From contig CACHTH010000002.1 of assembly GCA_902582695.1 (NCBI GenBank), positions 26,483 through 90,482 on the forward strand: 64,000 nt of DNA. The letters are read 5' to 3'. The position numbers and the translations under genes are program-made. The stretch comes from an uncultured Candidatus Actinomarina sp. (GTDB lineage Bacteria > Actinomycetota > Acidimicrobiia > Actinomarinales > Actinomarinaceae). Shown piece by piece: positions 58,003 to 64,000 of the stretch. How positions within the stretch are numbered: position 1 is the first letter of the stretch; each line of letters begins with the position of its first letter. Below the pieces are notes generated by a model. It saw only the letters and a list, made by a program, of their open reading frames with translations, was not told the origin of the DNA and did no database searches.

Positions 58003-58407
58003 ATGCCTGTAAGAATAAGACTTGCTCAAAGAGGTAAGAAAAAAAATAGAACATTCCGTGTGATTGTTGCTGACTCTCGTTCACCAAGAGATGGCAAATT
58101 TATAGAAGATTTAGGTTATTACGATCCACATCACAACCCATCGATGGTTGAAATTGATGTAGACAAAGCTGTTGCTTGGTTAGATAAAGGAGCACAACCT
58201 TCAGAAAGAGCACAAAAAATATTAGAAATTTCAGGTGCATGGGCACAATGGCGTTCGACTAAAGGAGAGGTTGTTTCCATACCACAAGCTCCTGAAGAAA
58301 AAATTAAAAGCAGTTCAAAAGCTAATAAAAAACAACAAGAAGAAAATTTAGACGAAGAAAATAACAATGAATCTTCTGAAGAATCTTCTGATAAGGAAGA
58401 AGAATAA
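58003..58407 (+). CDS. rpsP: 30S ribosomal protein S16 with about 50-aa acidic/Ser-rich C-terminal extension
   Basis: MPVRIRLAQRGKKKNRTFRVIVADSRSPRDGKFIEDLGYYDP is the canonical S16 core. It is followed by KSSSKANKKQQEENLDEENNNESSEESSDKEEE. Confidence 0.85.
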   Translation: MPVRIRLAQRGKKKNRTFRVIVADSRSPRDGKFIEDLGYYDPHHNPSMVEIDVDKAVAWLDKGAQPSERAQKILEISGAWAQWRSTKGEVVSIPQAPEEKIKSSSKANKKQQEENLDEENNNESSEESSDKEEE

Positions 58408-58658
58408 TGGCTTCAGGTACAATTGTTAAAAATGTTGTTGAGTACATCGTTAACCAGATTGTAGAAGATACTAAATCTGTAAAAGTTGATGTTGCAGACT
58501 CTGATGATGAAAATGTAACTATAGAGGTTAGAACTTCACCAGATGATATGGGAAGAGTCATTGGTAAAAGAGGAAGAGTCGCAAGAGCAATCAGAACTGT
58601 TGCACAAGCTGCAGCTGATGAAGAAGGCTTACAATCTTCTGTAGAATTTATTGACTAA
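58407..58658 (+). CDS. KH-domain RNA-binding protein (YlqC/UPF0109-like)
   Basis: 83 aa. GRVIGKRGRVARAIRTV is the KH GxxG loop. It sits in the conserved position between rpsP and rimM. Its ATG overlaps the rpsP stop. Confidence 0.75.
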   Translation: MASGTIVKNVVEYIVNQIVEDTKSVKVDVADSDDENVTIEVRTSPDDMGRVIGKRGRVARAIRTVAQAAADEEGLQSSVEFID

Positions 58659-59127
58659 TCAAAACTATTTTATTGTAGGTAAGTTAGGTAAACCACATTC
58701 CTTAAAAGGTTTTCAATATATAAATATTGAATATTTTTTTCGCGATTTCGATTTAAAAGAAATTACATTACAAATTAATAGTGTAAATTTGGTTGTTGAG
58801 GAATTTAAAAAACATTTAAAAAATAGAAATTTAATCAAATTCAAATCTTATGACACGATTGAATCAATTAGTAAATTAAGAAATATGGATGTAAAAATTA
58901 ATAAAGATTTACTTGATTCATTTTTTAATGAAGATAAATTACCATGGCCAGGTTTTTTTATTGGACAGAAATTAAATAATAATTATAAGTTGTTAAGTTA
59001 TGAGGTACTTAATAACATTTATTTCTGCAAAATTAGTGGCATAGAAATGAGTGTCCCATACAACAGTAATTTTTTTATTTTTGAAAACGATAATTTAACT
59101 TTATTGGATAGTAGCTTAACTATTTAA
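58651..59127 (+). CDS. rimM: Ribosome maturation factor RimM
   Basis: 158 aa. IVGKLGKPHSLKGFQYI matches the RimM N-terminal GKPHGLKGE block, and its position after the KH gene fits. Confidence 0.7.
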   Translation: MTNQNYFIVGKLGKPHSLKGFQYINIEYFFRDFDLKEITLQINSVNLVVEEFKKHLKNRNLIKFKSYDTIESISKLRNMDVKINKDLLDSFFNEDKLPWPGFFIGQKLNNNYKLLSYEVLNNIYFCKISGIEMSVPYNSNFFIFENDNLTLLDSSLTI

Positions 59128-59832
59128 CCATTCAAATAATTTAATACTTATATTATCTTCAAGCATATTCTCAGGATGCCATTGCACGCCTACTGCATCC
59201 CAACCATTTGTGACTTCTATACCCTCAATAACACCATCAGATGATTTAGCAGTAATTTCTAAGTCTTGACCAAGTTTGTTTATTGCCTGATGGTGAATTG
59301 AATTGACTTGTATTTCATTTTCTTGAATTATTTTATATAATTTTGAATTACTTTCTACATTTACATCATGAACATGTGAACGTGCATCATCAAACGGTCT
59401 GTCGTGTTTGATTTTAGTAAATCCACTATCCTCAAGATCTTGATAAAGTGTTCCACCTTTATAAACATTTAGTAATTGATGTCCTCTACATATAGCAAGA
59501 GTTTTTACATTATGTTTTTCTGCAGATTTAAGCATAGTCAACTCTGTGCTATCCCTATGGTCCGAAATTCTTATTGTTTTTTCAAGTTTTTCTTCTCCAT
59601 AAATATTTGGATTAATATCACCACCACCTGAAATTACTATTGCATCAAATTTTGATACGTCTATTGTTTCTGAATTTTCGTGTGGTCCAAAAATTACAGC
59701 AGTATTTCCATAGTTGTTACATGCTTTAACAAAATCATCATTAATTACAACACATGGAATATTACCAGGCGCCATGTCTACATTTTTAAGACCAGTGGAT
59801 ATTCCTATTAATTTACTCATCGATAAAAACAC
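59116..59832 (-). CDS. Class I glutamine amidotransferase-like hydrolase (peptidase C26, gamma-glutamyl-GABA hydrolase PuuD-like)
   Basis: 238 aa. ICRGHQLLNV (nucleophile Cys elbow), and IHHQAI / VQWHPE His/Glu region. The likely true start is the Met of MSKLIGIS. Confidence 0.7.
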   Translation of the reverse strand: MFLSMSKLIGISTGLKNVDMAPGNIPCVVINDDFVKACNNYGNTAVIFGPHENSETIDVSKFDAIVISGGGDINPNIYGEEKLEKTIRISDHRDSTELTMLKSAEKHNVKTLAICRGHQLLNVYKGGTLYQDLEDSGFTKIKHDRPFDDARSHVHDVNVESNSKLYKIIQENEIQVNSIHHQAINKLGQDLEITAKSSDGVIEGIEVTNGWDAVGVQWHPENMLEDNISIKLFEWLNS

Positions 59833-60229
59833 ACTGTACTTCTACACATACATTTAATGGTAAGCTAGCAACTCCTACAGCTGATCTTGTAGATTTTTCA
59901 CTAAAGTATTCTGAAAGTTTATCTGTGAATCCGTTAAGAACTTTAGCGTGATCTCCAAAACCTTCATTAGCATTTACAAAACCAATAACATTCACAGGCT
60001 GCAAGTTATCAATAGACCCGTGTTTTTTAATTGTTGCAATTGTAAGTTCAGCGCATAACTCTGCTGCTTTATAAGCTTCATCTATTGATATTTCAGTTGG
60101 CACCTTTCCTATATATTTCTTTTGTTCTGTAATAGGTACATGTCCAGATGTGTAGACATAGTTTCCAATTTTTTTATAGGTTACATAATTTCCAATTGCT
60201 TCCGGAGGGATTGGAAGGTTTTTATCCAT
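59813..60229 (-). CDS. ridA: RidA/YjgF/TdcF-family reactive-intermediate deaminase
   Basis: 138 aa. Chorismate-mutase-like fold signature ...PARSAVGVASLPLNVCVEVQCVF at the C-terminus, and an N-terminal GHVP block. Confidence 0.75.
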   Translation of the reverse strand: MDKNLPIPPEAIGNYVTYKKIGNYVYTSGHVPITEQKKYIGKVPTEISIDEAYKAAELCAELTIATIKKHGSIDNLQPVNVIGFVNANEGFGDHAKVLNGFTDKLSEYFSEKSTRSAVGVASLPLNVCVEVQCVFIDE

Positions 60230-61226
60230 TATTTAATAGATTTCCGATTAAATCTACAACCCTATTTGAGTAACCCCATTCGTTGTCGTACCAACATACA
60301 ACTTTGACATGATTTCCTTCTAATAATTGTGTAGAAGATGCATCATAAATACTTGAATGTGGATTATTTAAAATATCGGTAGATACAAGAGGAACTTCAG
60401 AGTACTCTAAAATACCTTTCAGCTCGTTATCTGCAGCTTGTTTTACAGCTTTATTTACATCATCTATAGATACAGATTTTTCTAACTCCACTACTAAATC
60501 AACAACACTTCCATCTGGCACTGGAACTCTCATCGCCATGCCGTCTAATTTACCATTCAATTCAGGTAAAACCATACCAACTGCTTTAGCTGCACCTGTT
60601 GAAGTAGGAATTATATTTTGGGTAGCACTTCTGCCTCTTCTAAAGTCACTATGTGTTGTTTCGGCCAGTGCCTGATCATTAGTATATGCATGAACGGTAG
60701 TCATAAGACCAGATTTGATTCCAAAATTATCATCCAGTACTTTAGCTATCGGTGCTAGACAGTTTGTAGTACATGAAGCGTTAGAGACGATTTTATCATC
60801 TGGCTTCAAGTCATCGTCATTTACACCTAAAACTATTGTTGCGTCAATTTCATCTTTGGGTGGTACAGTCAGCAATACTTTTTTTGCACCAGCATCTAAG
60901 TGTTTATTTAGGGATTCATTATCTCTAAAAATTCCAGTTGATTCAATTACAACATCCACATCTAATTCGTTCCATGGAAGCTCTGCAGGATCTTTTATTG
61001 AGGTAAGTTTAATAACTCTATCTCCAACTAAAAGATTGTCTCCATCAACTTGTACATCACTATCCAAAATGCCCATTACAGAATCATGTTTTAAAAGATA
61101 TGCAAGATTTTCATAATTACCGAGGTCATTAATTGCAACAACATTTATATCAGAATTATTTTCAACAATGATTCTTAATATAGAACGTCCAATTCTTCCA
61201 AAACCGTTTATGGCTACATTACCCAC
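60222..61226 (-). CDS. gap: Glyceraldehyde-3-phosphate dehydrogenase (type I)
   Basis: 334 aa. NGFGRIGR Rossmann, the catalytic SNASCTTNCLAP, TVHAYT, and the C-terminal WYDNEWGYSNRVVDL. Confidence 0.9.
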   Translation of the reverse strand: MGNVAINGFGRIGRSILRIIVENNSDINVVAINDLGNYENLAYLLKHDSVMGILDSDVQVDGDNLLVGDRVIKLTSIKDPAELPWNELDVDVVIESTGIFRDNESLNKHLDAGAKKVLLTVPPKDEIDATIVLGVNDDDLKPDDKIVSNASCTTNCLAPIAKVLDDNFGIKSGLMTTVHAYTNDQALAETTHSDFRRGRSATQNIIPTSTGAAKAVGMVLPELNGKLDGMAMRVPVPDGSVVDLVVELEKSVSIDDVNKAVKQAADNELKGILEYSEVPLVSTDILNNPHSSIYDASSTQLLEGNHVKVVCWYDNEWGYSNRVVDLIGNLLNNG

Positions 61227-62231
61227 TTATAACACCTGACCAAGCTTTTTCACTGTATCGACAATTCTAGCTGCATAACCCCAACCATTATCAAACCAAA
61301 TAATGAGTTTAATTTTTTTATTATTAATACCCATTGTTGCTAATCCGTCTACTAAACCAGAGAGCGTGCTTCTTACAACATCAGAAGAAACAATTGGATC
61401 ATATGTAAGTCCGATTATGTTTTTTAAATCAGAATTGGAAGCATCCTCAATTATTTTATTAATATCTTCAATACTTGTTTCGTTTTTGATATCAATTGTC
61501 AAGTCAACTGTACTTCCGTCAGGAATTGGTACGGTCATAGAAGAGGAAGCTATCTTTCCTTGAATGAATGGAAGAACATTTGATATAACTTCAGAAGACT
61601 TAGTAATACTTGGAATAATATTTTCACCAGCTGCTCTGTTAAGTCTGAAACCTTCACCTGCTACATCTGCTAAACGGTTTGAATTTGAATATCCATGAAC
61701 AGTTGTAAGAAATGCTCTTTCAACCCCAACTTTACTATCTAAAGCTTTAAGAATAGGTGCAACAGCATTTGCTGTATTGGAACCTAAGGAAAATACTGTA
61801 GAGTTTAAATCTATATCTTCATCGTTTGCACCAGGCACATATATTTGTATATCTTGAAAATTTTCTGGAGTTGAGGCAACGATAACTTTTTTACAACCTT
61901 TTGATAAATGTTTATCTACTTCTTCTTTAGTTTTTGGCTTACCAGTCGCAAGAACTACGATGTCAGTGTTTAGTTCATCCCAATTTGCTTCGTCACCATT
62001 TTTCCAAGAATTAAATAAGATTTCTTTACCATTAACAACAATACCAGTTTCAGATTCCTCAATTTCTGCATCTAGTTTTCCGTAAATTGAGTCGTACTTT
62101 AATAAATAAATTAAGTTAGCTTTATCAGCAGTGTCTGATATAGATACAATATTTATATCACTATCACCCAATGTCTGCCTAAATAGATCTCTACCTATTC
62201 TTCCAAAGCCAACTAAAGATACATTTGTCAT
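61227..62231 (-). CDS. GAPDH-family paralog lacking the catalytic cysteine (Cys to Asn)
   Basis: 334 aa, colinear with the adjacent gap gene (VGFGRIGR, TVHGYS, WFDNGWGYAARIVD). The active-site block reads SLGSNTANAVAP instead of SNASCTTNCLAP. This places Asn152 at the nucleophile position and Ala at the second Cys. Confidence 0.7.
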   Translation of the reverse strand: MTNVSLVGFGRIGRDLFRQTLGDSDINIVSISDTADKANLIYLLKYDSIYGKLDAEIEESETGIVVNGKEILFNSWKNGDEANWDELNTDIVVLATGKPKTKEEVDKHLSKGCKKVIVASTPENFQDIQIYVPGANDEDIDLNSTVFSLGSNTANAVAPILKALDSKVGVERAFLTTVHGYSNSNRLADVAGEGFRLNRAAGENIIPSITKSSEVISNVLPFIQGKIASSSMTVPIPDGSTVDLTIDIKNETSIEDINKIIEDASNSDLKNIIGLTYDPIVSSDVVRSTLSGLVDGLATMGINNKKIKLIIWFDNGWGYAARIVDTVKKLGQVL

Positions 62232-62300
62232 TAACCCTCACAAGATTATTGATTAATTGTTGTTACAATCAACTAATAATATACCTTAAAACCATTATTT

Positions 62301-63422
62301 ATGACTGAATTAACAAGAAAAATTAATGATTCCATCTTTGGATCAGTTTCAACTGAAGAGCTGTTAGCTAATGCTTTTGAGAAGAAATTAAATTACTTTG
62401 GCAACAATATAACATATAGTCCTAAAGTTTTTATTCCACTAACAACAATGTGTAGAGATAATTGTGGATATTGTACATTTGTAAAATCTCCAAAAGAGGG
62501 TGGAACTTATTTAAATCAAGAAGAGGTTATCTCAATAGCAGAAGCTGGTGATGAAGCTGGTTGCTATGAAGCTTTGTTTACTTTAGGAGATAAGCCAGAG
62601 CTCAAATGGGATTTTGCTTTAACCCAACTTAAAGAGTTAGGCCATTCCTCAACTCATGATTATTTAACTAGTTCAATGAAGGTTGTAAATGAGAAATTTA
62701 ATCTTTTTCCTCACGCTAACCCTGGTTTAATGAGCAGACAAGAGATTAAAGATTTGAAAAACCACTCACCATCTGGTGGGGTTATGATTGAGTCATTTTC
62801 AAAAAATATATACGATAAGGGAAAAGCTCATTACAAAACAGATACTAAATATATTGATTTAAGGTTGGATACCCTTAACAATGCATTAGAAGAAAAATAT
62901 CCAGTCACAACTGGATTACTTCTTGGCTTAACCTCAACAAAAGAAGAAATTGTAAATGATATATCAAATTTAATTGATTATGTAAAAAAGAACTCTGCAA
63001 TTCAGGAAGTAATATTACAAAATTTCAGAGCAAAGAAAAATACATTAATGAGGAATAGTTCTGAAATAACAAATGATTTGTTCTTAAGAATCATCGCCAC
63101 AACTAGAATTTATGCCCCTTCACATATATCTCTTCAAGTTCCCCCAAATCTTTCACCCGATATAACAATATTTTTAAAAAGTGGCATTAATGATTTAGGT
63201 GGGATATCTCCATTAACTATTGATTGGGTAAATCCAGATCATTTATGGCCAAATATAAATAAATTAAAATTAGATATTTCAAGTACAGGTCAAGTCCTAA
63301 AAAAGAGGCTACCCGTTTATCCCGAATTTATAAAAAAAGAATGGTTAAATAGTAAAATTTTTGAAAAAGTTAATAATATTATTGATACAGATGGATATCC
63401 AAAAGAACACAATGAACAATAA
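62301..63422 (+). CDS. cofG: FO synthase subunit CofG (7,8-didemethyl-8-hydroxy-5-deazariboflavin synthase, radical SAM)
   Basis: 373 aa. Radical-SAM cluster motif CRDNCGYCTF near the N-terminus (the CofG-type C-x3-C-x-Y-C), and the CofG-like size. Confidence 0.75.
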   Translation: MTELTRKINDSIFGSVSTEELLANAFEKKLNYFGNNITYSPKVFIPLTTMCRDNCGYCTFVKSPKEGGTYLNQEEVISIAEAGDEAGCYEALFTLGDKPELKWDFALTQLKELGHSSTHDYLTSSMKVVNEKFNLFPHANPGLMSRQEIKDLKNHSPSGGVMIESFSKNIYDKGKAHYKTDTKYIDLRLDTLNNALEEKYPVTTGLLLGLTSTKEEIVNDISNLIDYVKKNSAIQEVILQNFRAKKNTLMRNSSEITNDLFLRIIATTRIYAPSHISLQVPPNLSPDITIFLKSGINDLGGISPLTIDWVNPDHLWPNINKLKLDISSTGQVLKKRLPVYPEFIKKEWLNSKIFEKVNNIIDTDGYPKEHNEQ

Positions 63423-64000
63423 CATTTCTTTTCTTCGAATCAGACCATGTGATAACGATAACGAAATATATTTAAATTCAAGAAAAAAAGAGGGAACTTC
63501 TACATTCTTAATAAAAAGTGATGTATCAGTAAATACAGATAATTTACATAACAAGGAATTTCAAACAGTATCAAAGGATATCACCATAAATTCAGACGTA
63601 TGGATGGTTACTGATGAAAACTGGAAGAAATTTAAATCTGTTCATCCAAAAAGATTGATTTATATTTTTAAAAATAATATTGAGACTGCACTAGAGATTA
63701 TTGATAGATTAAAGCCATACACTATTTTAATTTCTACTAATTCAGAACTACAATTCCTTAAATCTATCAACTCAAAAACAAGTTTTATAACATCGACATA
63801 CGTTGAAACAATTGAGGAAGCAATTGAATTTGCTAATGAAGGAGTTTCAGATTTACTCCTCAGGGACTGGAGTGCCGAACAGATATTGGAACTTCAAAAC
63901 CTAGAAGGTCTAAATTTCTATGAGCGAACTTTGCTTTCTCCCGTATTTTCTATTGATGAGGCAAGAGAAGAATTTGATAAAGAAAGATATTTTAGATTCT
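63413..64000 (+). CDS. Hypothetical protein; 5' part only, the gene continues past the window end
   Basis: ORF starting MNNNISFLRIRPCDNDNEIY, overlapping the cofG stop by 10 nt and open to the window edge. It has a single Cys and no radical-SAM motif, so it is not an obvious CofH. Confidence 0.35.

Noticed and set aside
1-64000. Search for a CRISPR array, tRNA/rRNA genes, IS elements, integrase or a prophage
   Set aside because: I found no regularly spaced direct repeats, no cloverleaf-like or rRNA-like conserved stretches in intergenic gaps (all under 215 nt), and no transposase, integrase or phage structural ORFs. The Rad52-like gene is isolated from any other phage signature.

Overview
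The window is 64 kb of a low-GC (about 30% by eye) streamlined bacterial chromosome. It is densely packed on both strands with short intergenic spacers and frequent ATGA/TAATG start-stop overlaps. I found no rRNA, tRNA, CRISPR array, IS element or prophage structure.

The content is mostly core metabolism and housekeeping:
- folD, ychF, recG-rsmD-coaD, then yceD-rpmF-plsX-rnc-mutM ... smc-cdd
- rpsP-KH-rimM, rpmB, dtd, gdh, gap, ino1
- a maltodextrin locus: malQ, a GH13 enzyme, and a malEFG CUT1 ABC transporter without an ATPase gene
- a roughly 13 kb acyl-CoA catabolic island

The phylogenetic flavour is Actinobacteria-like, but this is tentative. Supporting it are an Ino1-type inositol-phosphate synthase, lipoprotein-type substrate-binding proteins with Pro/Thr/Ala linkers, the ribosomal/recG gene order, an S16 tail extension and F420-related genes (CofG, Ddn-like and PPOX-like reductases). 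A gammaproteobacterial-style NfuA argues for a mosaic.

The items most worth a second look are:
1. A 4-hydroxy-acid catabolic island that combines a 4-hydroxybutyryl-CoA dehydratase (AbfD family, with its Fe-S ligand pattern) and a split ACAD10/11-like kinase plus Asp-variant acyl-CoA dehydrogenase pair.
2. A chromosomal Rad52-family single-strand annealing protein in a three-gene operon with two unknown proteins, one a 38-aa Cys/His mini-protein.
3. A five-gene tightly coupled operon with a membrane-anchored MurF-like ligase and a Ddl-like ATP-grasp enzyme flanked by hydrolases.
4. A photolyase-family protein whose domains appear in permuted order, co-transcribed with rpmB and a Ddn-like F420H2 reductase.
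5. An SMC with no recognisable hinge domain.
6. A tandem GAPDH paralog lacking the catalytic cysteine.
7. A cytidine deaminase with a degenerate zinc-ligand motif.

All calls come from reading the ORF translations and the nucleotide sequence by eye. No database searches were run.
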